Origin: Nitrospirota bacterium | GTDB lineage: Bacteria > Nitrospirota > Thermodesulfovibrionia > Thermodesulfovibrionales > Dissulfurispiraceae | DNA length: 64,000 bases | NCBI GenBank assembly: GCA_963710375.1 | Contig: CAVPZX010000001.1 | Coordinates: 32,001-96,000 of the forward strand | Reading direction: 5' to 3' | In this document: one piece after another, positions 50,339-61,887 of the stretch | Layout of the letters: every line of letters starts with the position of its first letter | Position numbering within the stretch: the stretch's first letter is position 1 | Notes under the pieces: generated by a model | Database searches by the model: none | What the model was told of the DNA's origin: nothing | Seen by the model: only the letters and a program-made list of their open reading frames with translations | Program-made: the position numbers and the translations under genes

Positions 50339-50887
50339 TTAATTGCTATCAGAAGCTGTCAGATAGTTTTCTATTATGTCAGACCATGCTGCATAGCCTT
50401 TCTCGCTCAGGTGCACCCCGTCATTGAGCAGATACTCTTTTTTGGGTTCCGAATCCGGCCCCAAGAATAGACTGTGCAGATCAAGGTAATCCGACTTAAA
50501 TTCTTTCGCTATTCCCCTCAGCGAATCATTAAGCCCCCGTAAGGCTGAATTATCTACCCAGGAGAGTACCACGGGCAGAATGCTTTGGATGACTAATTTT
50601 GAATTGCTGAAAGAAGCGGCAAGAATATTGATAATCCTCTTGTAGCTTGAGATGATTTCGTAATCTTCCATTGCCAGGTTGTTAATGCCGGTCATAATAA
50701 AAATAAGATCCGGTTTTCGGCCTATGTTTTGGATGCTCAGGAGTATTCTGTCCATGCGACCCAAAAGCCCCTCGACCGTTTCCCCGGACACGCCGAGATT
50801 TAAGACAAGAAAGTCAGGGAATCGCTCCTGCCAATCAAAAAACTCCGTCAACGAATCACCAATGAAGACTAAGCACTTATTGTTCAT
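50339..50887 (-). CDS. SGNH/GDSL hydrolase
   Basis: FIGDSLT, NLGVSGE, GINN, DGVH. Confidence 0.88.
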   Translation of the reverse strand: MNNKCLVFIGDSLTEFFDWQERFPDFLVLNLGVSGETVEGLLGRMDRILLSIQNIGRKPDLIFIMTGINNLAMEDYEIISSYKRIINILAASFSNSKLVIQSILPVVLSWVDNSALRGLNDSLRGIAKEFKSDYLDLHSLFLGPDSEPKKEYLLNDGVHLSEKGYAAWSDIIENYLTASDSN

Positions 50888-51064
50888 TGAAAAGTGGTTA
50901 AACCTCCCTCTGGACCAGCTTTCTATAGTTATTGATATATAAGAATATACTCGGCAAGCTGAATTCTGCAATTGATTTGCTGTATAATTCTCTTAAGGGT
51001 CTGCGAATAAGTAACTTGTGCATTCAGACCCTAAACGGTTTTATCGAAGGAGTACGGCATTAAT

Positions 51065-51610
51065 ATGGAAGAGATACAGAGATTTCTGAGCGGGAAAGGT
51101 GAAGAAATTATTCTCAGGCCAGCTGGGCCGGACGATGCTGAAAGTATTATCAAAGCTTTGAAATCTTTCGCGCCCGAACGCAGTTATGTTCTGATGGAGC
51201 AGTTCGGCAAGGGCGTAGATGCGGAAAGGGAATATATAAGCAAGTTGAGCAGGGACAACAACCTGCTCCTTGTCGGCGTTGCCGGTGACAATCAGGTCAT
51301 AGGCATTCTCGAGGCCATTCAGTCCGATGGCGGGCAGAGACCGGAAACTGCACATGTGCTTAACATAGGACTACATCTCATAGAGGCGTTTCGCGGATTG
51401 GGCATCGGCTCCCGCATGCTGCAGTACACTGAAGAGTGGGCAAAGGAACATAAATTCAGGGAGCTGGAGACAAGTGTTTTTACAACAAACAAACGTTCTC
51501 TCAATCTGTTCAGAAAAGCCGGTTTTCTGAATGAGTGCACTAAAGCTAAGAGAATAAGAATGGGAAACGAATTTGTCGATGAAGTTATCATCTGCAAGTT
51601 GCTTGACTAA
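51065..51610 (+). CDS. GNAT acetyltransferase
   Basis: FRGLGIGS acetyl-CoA motif, N..SLNLFRKAGF. Confidence 0.85.
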   Translation: MEEIQRFLSGKGEEIILRPAGPDDAESIIKALKSFAPERSYVLMEQFGKGVDAEREYISKLSRDNNLLLVGVAGDNQVIGILEAIQSDGGQRPETAHVLNIGLHLIEAFRGLGIGSRMLQYTEEWAKEHKFRELETSVFTTNKRSLNLFRKAGFLNECTKAKRIRMGNEFVDEVIICKLLD

Positions 51611-51643
51611 GAACGTATACCCATTCTCTGATTGGCCGCAACC

Positions 51644-53346
51644 TTATCTAATATAAGCCTCTGTTACGTATCTTCTCATCATCCTATGGGAATTGAAGTA
51701 ATAGGCATTTTTGCCGATGGCGTTCTGCATGACCCTTATCCAAAGAGGCTTTTCATTATAAAACATCGGCATGATAATGCTCTCAAGCTTGTAATACAGG
51801 TCATCTGCGTCACGGGCCGGATCGGCAGGGACATTGGGCGACGGCCCTATGGCCCATCCGGTAAACCCTTCGATATGTCCTTCGATCCACCATCCGTCGA
51901 GCACACTGAAATTCGGGACTCCGTTATGCGTTGCCTTCATTCCGCTGGTTCCTGAGGCCTCGAGCGGCCTGAGCGGTGTATTGAGCCAAACATCGACACC
52001 TGATGTGATTTTAAGTGCGATATCCATACTATAATTCTTCAGAAATACTATGCGTATCTTGTGCTTGAGCCGCTCTTTAATTTCAAAGATGTGCTGTATC
52101 AGCTTTTTACCCGATTCATCATGCGGATGGGCCTTTCCCGCATATACAATTTGAAGTCTTCCTTCAGCCATGCGCGCCAACCGGTCCATATCGGTAAAAA
52201 GCAGGTCTGCTCTTTTATAAGCAGTTGCCCTCCTGGCGAATCCGATGGTAAAAGTATCATAATTCATACCCGCCTGCGTCTCGCGGTTTACATAGTCGAT
52301 AAGTTGCCGTTTCGCTTCCATATGCGCTTCCCATAGCTCATTGTCCGGGATGCGACCGACCCTTACGAAGATCTCGGGCTCATTGGCCCAGCCAGGCAGG
52401 TATTTATCATAGAGTCTTTTAAAACTGTCGCACGTCCAGGTAAAGGAATGTACCCCGTTTGTTATGGCATGGATGGCGTATCCGGGAAACATACTCTGAG
52501 AAACCTCGCCGTGTTTTTTTGCCACTCCGTTTATATAGTTGCAGAGATTCAGGGCGAGCAGCGTTAAATTAAGGTAGTCCTGTCCGGCAAATTCTTTTAC
52601 AGCGCTTAGAGGAATGATCTCTTCCATTATGCGCTGCACCGTTTCATACGTAAACTTGTCATGCCCTGCAGCCACAGGGGTGTGAGTGGTAAAAACGCAT
52701 AAACTCCTAACCTTCTCGACATCCCATACGAGATTCTCGTCCCACACTTCTTCAATATCTTTTTTGTACCTTTTGAGTAATTCAAGTATCAGGAGGCTCG
52801 AATGCCCCTCGTTCATGTGATATTTCTTGATTTGGAATCCCACTCTTCAAGCATTCGTGTGCCGCCTATACCGAGCACAATTTCCTGTTTGAGCCGGTAG
52901 TCGTTATCACCTCCGTAGAGACAATGGGTAATGCCCCTGTCCTGAGGCGCATTTTCTCCAAGGTCTGCATCGAGGAAGATAATGGGAACTTTCCCGCCTG
53001 TGGCACTTTCAATGATATATGTCCATGCCCCTATGACAACCTCTCTCCCCTCAATATGAACTATTACCTGTTCTGCGAGCGGATACATAAACTGCTGTGG
53101 ATCGAACTCATCAGGAAGTTCGGTCTGCCTCCCGTATATATCGAGCTCTTGCCTGAAATATCCTTTTTTTGTCAGTAAGGTTACTGCAACCATGGGGAGT
53201 TTCAGGTCGGCGGCTGATTTGATAGTATCTCCTGCCAGCACGCCGAGCCCGCCGCTATAGGTAGGCATATCGCTCCGAACCCCAATTTCCATAGAGAAAT
53301 ATGCTATTTTCGGCTCTTTTATAAAGGCATCCATACTATATTTCAT
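51644..53346 (-). CDS. glgP: Alpha-glucan phosphorylase; frameshift near 52843
   Basis: AYFSMEIG, YSGGLGVLAGD, RLKQEIVLGIGG | HMNEGH, FTTHTP, ARRATAYKR, GKAHP, EASGTSGMK (PLP Lys). Confidence 0.88.
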
Positions 53347-53400
53347 ACATGGTCCTCCTTGATTATAAATTCATGTTTGCTCGAAAATATTCAGACGTAC

Positions 53401-54216
53401 CTAAGGTATGCTATTTGCCCTTTTTAGCAGTTCATCAAGTGCTGCCCGCCCGTTTTCTCCCAGGTCCAATGTGTAGTCGTTAACATATAGTCCGATATGC
53501 TTCAGCATTACTTCTTCATCCATTTCACGGGCGTATTTTCTAATATAAGGAATTGCCTCGCTTTTATGTGCCAGCGAATAGTTTATACTTGTCCTAATAA
53601 GGTTTTCAATCGTTTTTATCACCTGCATTCCAAGAGTTTTTCTTGCAATAATGCCGCCAAGAGGAATGGGCAATCCCGTCTCTTTCTCCCACCATTCCCC
53701 CAGATCAATGATCTCGACAAGGCCAAAATCCTGATAAGTGAAACGGCTCTCGTGTATAATCAGCCCGGCGTCTACCAGTCCTTCATTAATTGAGTCCATA
53801 ATCATGTGGAAAGGCATGCTGATCAACCCGACAGGTTGAGCATTGAAGGCGGAAGCAAAATACAGCTCCATCAGAAGCGCTGCTGTAGTAAGTTTGCCTG
53901 GAATAGCTATTTTCAGGTCTTTGAATGGTTTTGCAGAAGAAAAAACGTTCCGGTCTTTTGCTATTACTAGGGGGCCGCATCCCCTGCCCAGGGCGCCGCC
54001 GGCACTCATAAAATGATAGTCGTCCTGAAGATAACGAAACGCGTGACATGACACCTTTGTCACATCAAGCGCCTTGCCGACAGCGAGCCGGTTCAGCGTT
54101 TCCACATCTTCTATATTAAGAGTGAAGTCGAGCCCCTGTGTATCTATCAGCTTGTTGGCAATAGCGAAAAAGATAAAGGTATCATTCGGACACGGAGAAA
54201 AACCCAAACGTATCAT
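53401..54216 (-). CDS. mqnD: 1,4-dihydroxy-6-naphthoate synthase (futalosine pathway)
   Basis: LGFSPCPNDTF, DVETLN, GRGCGPL, IIHESRFTY, DLGEWW..TGLPIPLG, HIGLYVN. Confidence 0.92.
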   Translation of the reverse strand: MIRLGFSPCPNDTFIFFAIANKLIDTQGLDFTLNIEDVETLNRLAVGKALDVTKVSCHAFRYLQDDYHFMSAGGALGRGCGPLVIAKDRNVFSSAKPFKDLKIAIPGKLTTAALLMELYFASAFNAQPVGLISMPFHMIMDSINEGLVDAGLIIHESRFTYQDFGLVEIIDLGEWWEKETGLPIPLGGIIARKTLGMQVIKTIENLIRTSINYSLAHKSEAIPYIRKYAREMDEEVMLKHIGLYVNDYTLDLGENGRAALDELLKRANSIP

Positions 54217-54343
54217 GATTTGAAATTTTACCACTAATACGAAACATTTACCACCAAACCTCCCAGTTATTGGAACTGCAACGAAAGGGAATGTTGATTT
54301 CGAAAATCAACAAAGACTGGCTCTTGGACCGGCATAAAATTGT

Positions 54344-54925
54344 TTATCGGAACATGGTAAGAGCGAAAATTACGATGCCGGTGCCGCCAACTAACATCGA
54401 GCCAAACCAGATAAGCCTGAAGCGCGTCAGAGCCGCCACGGCACCCAAAGCAATAGAGACCTGCAAAAGGGCAACTGAACTCGCAAAGCTATGGTGTTTG
54501 TGGAGGAGGTGGTCGGATTCCTTCAACCGCTCGTCCCTCTCATGTTCTTTATCCAGTGCTTTGTTTTTAATTGCAGTCTGTTCGTCGCTGTAACGCTTAA
54601 TAGTTTCCTTGTACCGGGTGGGCGGGGTCCTTCTGATAGCAAGCCACGGGGTGCGGGAGGCCTCCTGAATAGCCGACTTTATCCCTTTTGCCTGGTAATA
54701 GGCCCACTGGTCCGATGCCTCAGACTGCAGACGCACAGCTTCCGTTTTTAGGGCGAGAGCTGTATTTACGGTGCTTCCGGCCTGCAGTGAAGCAATAGCC
54801 GCCAGGACGGCAAGAATTGCAGTAGTAATGGCAATCTGCTTTAGGAATGCTCCGCCTTCACGTTCGAGCTCCTCTTTAATCGTCTCTTCAAGTTTTTCGG
54901 TCTCAACCTCAGGGCCTTCCGGCAT
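54344..54925 (-). CDS. DUF4337 family membrane protein
   Basis: IAITTAILAVLAAI, ASDQWAYYQAKGIK, LLQVSIAL. Confidence 0.8.
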   Translation of the reverse strand: MPEGPEVETEKLEETIKEELEREGGAFLKQIAITTAILAVLAAIASLQAGSTVNTALALKTEAVRLQSEASDQWAYYQAKGIKSAIQEASRTPWLAIRRTPPTRYKETIKRYSDEQTAIKNKALDKEHERDERLKESDHLLHKHHSFASSVALLQVSIALGAVAALTRFRLIWFGSMLVGGTGIVIFALTMFR

Positions 54926-54991
54926 GGGCAGCCTCCTGCCTTTCAAATTCTAAGTATTCAGCTTACGGTTTATATGCCCGTACACCTCTCT

Positions 54992-55552
54992 TTATTTAAC
55001 ATAGTTAACAGTGTTTTCCCTCCTGGCTGGTGCTTTGGCGTGTTCTATTTTCTTATAGCCTAAAGCGACTGCATGGGAAGGTTTATATCCTTCCGGTATA
55101 CCTAATCGCTTCAAATAATCTTTTCCCTTTTCTCCCCCAAAAGCAAAGCCAACAAAAGCTACCCAACAGGAGCCTACACCAATGGATTCTGCCGCTATCA
55201 ACATGTTTTCAGTCGCGGCAGCACAGCTGACTTCAGGCATCATAGCCTTTTCTTCACCCGAGACGATGATTGCTGTCGGAGCATTATAGAAGGCATGAAA
55301 CTTTTCATTGTTAGCCAACTGCTGAATTAACTTGTCATCAAAGTGTTTAGCGGCAACCTTTGCATCATCGCTTAATTGGTCCAGTAACTGCTTGTCCTGC
55401 ACAACTGTGAAATGCCATGATTGCTGATTGTGGGCGCTAGGCGCGTAAATACCCGCTTCGATAATGGTTTTCAATTCTTCTTCCTTAATTTGTTCCGCTA
55501 AAAATGCCCTGTTACTTCTTCTGTTAAGAATACTTCTTAGTGTTTCGTTCAT
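54992..55552 (-). CDS. Nitroreductase family protein
   Basis: RRSNRAF, APSAHNQQSW, NMLIAAESIGVGSCW, LGY. Confidence 0.9.
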   Translation of the reverse strand: MNETLRSILNRRSNRAFLAEQIKEEELKTIIEAGIYAPSAHNQQSWHFTVVQDKQLLDQLSDDAKVAAKHFDDKLIQQLANNEKFHAFYNAPTAIIVSGEEKAMMPEVSCAAATENMLIAAESIGVGSCWVAFVGFAFGGEKGKDYLKRLGIPEGYKPSHAVALGYKKIEHAKAPARRENTVNYVK

Positions 55553-55851
55553 TTGTAACCTCCCCTTTTGCTTACGGTTATGGAAACGCACCGTTCCAAT
55601 ATACGTTATTACCTGCCTGAAGATTCATAATTAAGTGGTGAACTTATGTCAAGTATATCATAGAAGTCCTCTTTATTCATTATAGGCAATAAGGGTTTGA
55701 AGAGTACGAGGTGAAAGTCGTCATCTGCGTAGGATTAATAAATGTTAAAAGGATTTGATAGAATAAAGGAATATAGATAGCAGGGGGGCGATGGGGTGGA
55801 ACAGATACCTTGAAAAATAACCGGTCTTTATGCTACATTTCATATTCAAAA

Positions 55852-55942
55852 ACACACGCCGGTAAAGATTCTCAAATGGTCTCAAAGGTCCAAATTATTT
55901 TTTTGGTCCAATGAGTTAATGAGGTCAGGCGGAGGAAAAACC
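55852..55942 (+). ncRNA. rpsB leader (t44-like, S2 autoregulatory RNA)
   Basis: ACACACG...GGCGGAGG..AACC ends typical of rpsB leaders, directly upstream of the rpsB RBS; TTGAAA-N18-TACATT promoter just upstream. Confidence 0.65.
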
Positions 55943-55955
55943 TTAAGGAGGAACA

Positions 55956-56722
55956 ATGGGTATTGTCACTATGAAGGAACTGCTGGAAGCCGGTGTACAC
56001 TTTGGACACCAGGTGAAGCGCTGGAACCCGAAGATGAAGAAGTTTATTTTCGGGGAAAGAAACGGGATCCATATTGTGGATCTTCAAAAGACGCTTAAAG
56101 GGCTTATAGAAGCGTACAACTTTGTCAAAAGCGTTGCTGCCACGGGGTCGCCGGTGCTTTTTGTCGGCACCAAGAAACAGGCCCAGGATTCAATTTCGGA
56201 CGAGGCCAGAAGGGCCGGTTCGTTTTACGTTAACAACCGATGGCTGGGGGGCATGTTGACCAATTTCTCAACGGTCAAAAAGAGCATCGAGAGGTTAAAA
56301 AAGATCGACACTATGAAAGAAGACGGCACCTTCAATGTTCTGAAGAAAAAAGAGATTGCAATGCTTGAGAAGGAGAGGGCCAACCTGGAAAAGAACTTGA
56401 GCGGAATAAAAGAGATGTCCTCGCTGCCAGGGGCGCTTTTTATTATAGACCCAAGAAAAGAGAGAATTGCCGTGGCTGAAGCTAAAAGGCTTTCCATCCC
56501 TATAGTAGCTGTTGTTGATACGAATTGCGACCCTGACGAAATAGATTATGTCATTCCCGGCAATGACGATGCGATACGCGCCATAAAACTTATCTCTTCC
56601 AAGGTAGCCAATGCCATTCTGGAAAGCAAGAACGAACTTGAAAAGGCAAAAGGGGACCAGGCTGCTAAAGAGGAGATAAACGCAAAGATTGCCGCAACCG
56701 AGGCGATGGAGGTAGCTGCAGA

Positions 56723-56726
<4 letters not shown>
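55956..56726 (+). CDS. rpsB: 30S ribosomal protein S2
   Basis: [38 protein letters not shown]. Confidence 0.98.
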
Positions 56727-58115
<1,389 letters not shown>

Positions 58116-58163
58116 TATCGTTGCAGCCGGAGGCTGTGTCTTTGATAACTAACGAGGTGGAGC

Positions 58164-58718
58164 ATGCAGGACATTAAAAGAAAGACCACTGATAAGATGA
58201 ATGGAGCGCTGGAGGTGCTGAAAAAGGAACTTGTTTCCATAAGGACCGGAAGGGCATCCCTTTCTTTGCTTGACGGCATATTTGTCGATTATTACGGTAC
58301 TCAAACCCCCATTGCCCAGGTCGCAACCCTTGGGATGCCTGATACCAGACAGATAACGATCCAGCCCTGGGAGCAAAAGCTTATACCCGAAATAGAAAAG
58401 TCGATACTCAAGTCGGATCTCGGGATTACGCCGGGGAATGACGGTAAAGTCATTCGGCTTAATATCCCTGTGCTTACAGAGGAAAGAAGGAAGCAGCTGG
58501 TTAAAGTGGTGCGGAAAAGGGCTGAAGAGGGGAAAATTGCTGTGCGGAATATACGAAGAGACATAATCGATGAGGTGAAGAAGTCCGAGAAAGAACAGCA
58601 CCTGAGCGAGGATGACATAAAGAAGCTCCAGGAAGAGATACAGAAGATCACCGATTCGTTTATAAATAAAGTGGATGAAGTCCTTCAACATAAAGAAAAA
58701 GAGATAATGGAGGTCTGA
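58164..58718 (+). CDS. frr: Ribosome recycling factor
   Basis: IRTGRA, YYG, P.LTEERRK, RNIRRD, KEKEIMEV. Confidence 0.97.
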   Translation: MQDIKRKTTDKMNGALEVLKKELVSIRTGRASLSLLDGIFVDYYGTQTPIAQVATLGMPDTRQITIQPWEQKLIPEIEKSILKSDLGITPGNDGKVIRLNIPVLTEERRKQLVKVVRKRAEEGKIAVRNIRRDIIDEVKKSEKEQHLSEDDIKKLQEEIQKITDSFINKVDEVLQHKEKEIMEV

Positions 58719-58719
58719 A

Positions 58720-58857
58720 ATGGCTGTAAACAGCAACTTTATTGTGAAAGTAACGGATGCTAAGCTGCCTGATGTTCAGAAGGCCCTCGAACAGGCAGGC
58801 ATCAAGGTCAGAAGCATCGTTGAAGTATTTAAAGAAGAAACTCCCTCTGAGAATTAA
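58720..58857 (+). CDS. Small 45-aa protein coupled to frr, not in ORF track
   Basis: MAVNSNFIVKVTDAKLPDVQKALEQAGIKVRSIVEVFKEETPSEN*; GGAGG RBS inside the frr 3' end, 1 nt between frr stop and ATG. Confidence 0.7.
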   Translation: MAVNSNFIVKVTDAKLPDVQKALEQAGIKVRSIVEVFKEETPSEN

Positions 58858-58931
58858 TAAAGCATTTTCTGTTCGTTAGTATGTACTGCGATATTCGGCT
58901 ATATGCAGATGCAGGCGGGGAAGGAGGAATT

Positions 58932-59396
58932 ATGCCATCTAAGGAAAAAGGTAAACCGAAAGAAACGTCGAAAGGAAAGCTTGAAAAGCTCTCCAGGGAG
59001 AGTACCGCTGAAAATGAGAGCCATCGCAAAGAACGTTTAAGGAAACAATTGATTCAGAGAAGAGAGGAAATAATCAGGGAGGCAAAAAACGAGATAAAGA
59101 AGTTCAAGTCCGGCGAAAACAAACAGCTTGTAGAGACTGTAATGGATGATGGCGACTTGTCTGTTGTCGATATGGCGGAAGATATCAGTCTCAAGCAGCT
59201 AAGCACACATAGAGAGACGCTGATAAAAATAGATACCGCTCTCCGCAAACTGGAGGAGGGCACTTATGGAATATGTGAAGAGTGCGGCGAAGATATCAGC
59301 GAGGAACGGCTGAAAATAATGCCTTTTGCAATTTACTGCCGGGATGACCAGGAAAAAAAAGAGATAATGGAAAGGATCGAGCGGGAAGGGCAATAG
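58932..59396 (+). CDS. DksA/TraR family protein
   Basis: Coiled coil with DDGD tip; IDTALRKL..GTYGICEECGEDISEERL..PFA..C; AAGGAGG RBS. Confidence 0.88.
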   Translation: MPSKEKGKPKETSKGKLEKLSRESTAENESHRKERLRKQLIQRREEIIREAKNEIKKFKSGENKQLVETVMDDGDLSVVDMAEDISLKQLSTHRETLIKIDTALRKLEEGTYGICEECGEDISEERLKIMPFAIYCRDDQEKKEIMERIEREGQ

Positions 59397-59402
59397 CTTT
59401 TT

Positions 59403-60170
59403 TTAGTAGTTGACCCGCTCAAGGAAGAGACCTCTTGCCGGCGCCGTGGGTCCGGCAAGCCTTCTGTCCCTGGCGTCCAGAAGCTCCAAAATTGCCTCGG
59501 ACCTGAGCCTGCCTTTTCCGACTTCGATGATAGTCCCGGCTATATTTCTCACCATATGTCTCAAGAAACCGTCTCCTTCAATACGCAACTTCATAAAATT
59601 CCCCCGTACTCCTGCAGTCATGAAATCGATCACATCGATTTTCTCCATAGAGCATTGAAAGATGGTCCTTGCAGGGTTTTTTGCCGCGCAACCGCTTCCT
59701 CTGAATGATGTGAAGTCATGGGTACCCTGCAAGAGAATTGAGGCGGTGCGCATCCCGTCGAAATCAAGGCCCTGGGGAACCCTGCACGCATAATTATAGA
59801 GAAAGGGAGACATGACACGCGTGTTGGCAATTATATAAAAATATATCTTGGTTTTGGCGTCATATCTAGGATGAAAGGCCGCATCTGCTTCGCAGGCTTC
59901 CATGATCCTTATGTCCCAGGGAAGCAGTGCGTTGAGCGCGTCCCTGATAGTGTCGCATTGAAGCGCCGATGTGGTTTTAAAGGAAGCCACCTGAGCAAGA
60001 GCGTGCACCCCTGCATCGGTCCTGCCGGCCGCAATAACCGGTACCTGTACTCCGGTTATTTTTGAGATGCGCTCCTCCAGCACCTGCTGTATGGAGATGC
60101 ATCCAGGTTGTGTCTGCCAGCCATGATAACGCGTTCCGTCATACTGGATAACCAATTTGATATTTCTCAT
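59403..60170 (-). CDS. truA: tRNA pseudouridine(38-40) synthase
   Basis: YDGTRYHGWQ, AGRTDAGVHA, FHPRY, GTHDF, FLRHMVR, TAPARGL. Confidence 0.95.
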   Translation of the reverse strand: MRNIKLVIQYDGTRYHGWQTQPGCISIQQVLEERISKITGVQVPVIAAGRTDAGVHALAQVASFKTTSALQCDTIRDALNALLPWDIRIMEACEADAAFHPRYDAKTKIYFYIIANTRVMSPFLYNYACRVPQGLDFDGMRTASILLQGTHDFTSFRGSGCAAKNPARTIFQCSMEKIDVIDFMTAGVRGNFMKLRIEGDGFLRHMVRNIAGTIIEVGKGRLRSEAILELLDARDRRLAGPTAPARGLFLERVNY

Positions 60171-60215
60171 AAACAGTAGTGTACCCAAAATATGCACCTG
60201 ATGTCATGCGCGGGA

Positions 60216-60400
60216 CTGCAATTCTGACAGTAGATGAATCTCTTTCGCTACGCTCCGTTTTGACAGTCCTAACGACTCGTTTCGCTACAGTCGCAAAATT
60301 CCCTTCGGTCAGTTTCGCTCCTGTTTCACGCTCACTCGCCGAGAACTGTTTCCAAAACTCCGCTAATGCTTCAGAGATTTATCTACTGTCAGAATTGCAG
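60216..60400. mobile_element. MITE-like element with 28-bp terminal inverted repeats
   Basis: CTGCAATTCTGACAGTAGATGAATCTCT vs reverse complement of 60373-60400 CTGCAATTCTGACAGTAGATAAATCTCT (1 mismatch); interior rich in TCGCT/CGCTC motifs. Confidence 0.65.
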
Positions 60401-60433
60401 ATGCACCGGAATTGGGATTTTGGGATATAATAG

Positions 60434-60886
60434 GTGAACATGCAAAAAAAGATCATTGCTGTCATAGGCGCAGGAAGCGCGGATAAAGAGTTGCTCATAA
60501 TAGCCGAAGAAGTTGGAAGGCTTATCGCTCTCAATGAAGCCGTATTGGTTTGCGGCGGACTCGGCGGCGTGATGGAGGCCGCTGCCAGAGGGGCGAATAC
60601 TGAGGGAGGTATCACAGTCGGAATACTGCCGGGGCTTGAAAAGAGTGCTGCAAATCCTTATATCAATGTGCCCGTTGCTACCGGACTTGGAGAAATAAGA
60701 AATGCTATAATTGTTCGTTCCGCCGATGTCCTGATAGCAATCGGAGGAGAATACGGCACACTTTCCGAAATAGCGTTCGGGCTCAAGACCGGAAAAACCG
60801 TCATTGGCATCAGAACCTGGGACATCAAGGGTATAATCAAAGCACATGGCGCTGAAGATGCAGTAAACAGAGCGCTTGGATTGTAA
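60434..60886 (+). CDS. TIGR00725 / LOG-family nucleotide-binding protein
   Basis: IAVIG, VCGGLGGVMEA, GILPG, RNAIIV, GEYGTLSE. Confidence 0.88.
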   Translation: MNMQKKIIAVIGAGSADKELLIIAEEVGRLIALNEAVLVCGGLGGVMEAAARGANTEGGITVGILPGLEKSAANPYINVPVATGLGEIRNAIIVRSADVLIAIGGEYGTLSEIAFGLKTGKTVIGIRTWDIKGIIKAHGAEDAVNRALGL

Positions 60887-60920
60887 AAAATTAACCATTC
60901 AGCAACAGAGTCTTGGAATT

Positions 60921-61036
60921 ATGTAATTATTCCATAAAAATGGAATTAATCCATATCCATGATTTTTAACATTCCTCAGGAATCCCAATAAATCAAGAAG
61001 ATAATACATTGTCTTGCCTGGCATATTCCTTGCTTC
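60921..61036 (+). promoter_or_regulatory. Copy 2 of sigma54 promoter/enhancer cassette
   Basis: TGGCATATTCCTTGCT at 61019-61034 (GG-N10-GC); palindrome ATTCCAT-AAAA-ATGGAAT at 60929-60946; homologous to 45518-45634. Confidence 0.8.
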
Positions 61037-61116
61037 ATCACTAAATCAAATGACTTCTTACGAAGATGTACGGTTACATTTTGTAACAAACATATGAACT
61101 AAACCAGGGAGGCAGT

Positions 61117-61857
61117 ATGAAAAAAATTTTGTTTTATGCGATGTTGTTGGTTTTTGCGGTAAGCACAATGGCATATGCCGAGGACCTTCGCGTTAATGGC
61201 TCAACAACGACTATGGGGAAAATCATTTCAAAGATTAAGGCCCCGTTCGAAAAAGCAACAGGCATCCACCTTGCAGTTAACGCCAACGGATCTGGAGCAG
61301 GGGCAAAGGATCTGATAGCCGGGAAATGTGATGCGAGTGTTGCTTCTGAAAGTCTCGAAGATTTGAAAAAAGCTGTCCCGGAATTAAACAGCATTGCGGA
61401 CATCAAAACTTCAGTACTTGGCAACGATAACCTTGCGATCATTGTAAATAAAGTAAATCCTGTAACCAAACTGAACAAGGAGCAGCTTAAAGGGCTAAAC
61501 ACAGGCAAGATCAAGAACTGGAAAGAGGTAGGAGGCATGGATGCAGATGTCATAGTTGTTACTTCCGAAAAGGGATCCGGGACAAGGGCGATGGTTACTA
61601 AACAGATTCTGGACGGCGAACCCTTTTCGGCTGACGTAGTTGAGGCATCAACAACAATGGCAGAGGTTAAGGAAGTGTCATCAATGAAAGAAGCAATAGG
61701 CGCAGTAAGCGAGTCCTTTGTAAACGAAACCGTGAAGCGAGTGGATGGACCTGTCATAGGAAGGCCTTTGCTCATACTTACTAAGGGTGAGCCAAGTGTA
61801 TCCGTCAAGAAACTCATTGACTTCATATTGGGCGAAGGGCAACAATATCTCAAATAA
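61117..61857 (+). CDS. PstS-like periplasmic binding protein (stand-alone)
   Basis: Signal peptide; GSTT, NGSGAG, IKNWKEVGG, SGTR; no pstCAB next to it. Confidence 0.8.
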   Translation: MKKILFYAMLLVFAVSTMAYAEDLRVNGSTTTMGKIISKIKAPFEKATGIHLAVNANGSGAGAKDLIAGKCDASVASESLEDLKKAVPELNSIADIKTSVLGNDNLAIIVNKVNPVTKLNKEQLKGLNTGKIKNWKEVGGMDADVIVVTSEKGSGTRAMVTKQILDGEPFSADVVEASTTMAEVKEVSSMKEAIGAVSESFVNETVKRVDGPVIGRPLLILTKGEPSVSVKKLIDFILGEGQQYLK

Positions 61858-61887
61858 CAACATGATAACCGCCCTAGGGATAACTAA

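Noticed and set aside
58149..58736. 195-aa minus-strand ORF
   Set aside because: Antisense shadow of frr
60389..60898. 169-aa minus-strand ORF
   Set aside because: Antisense shadow of the LOG-family gene
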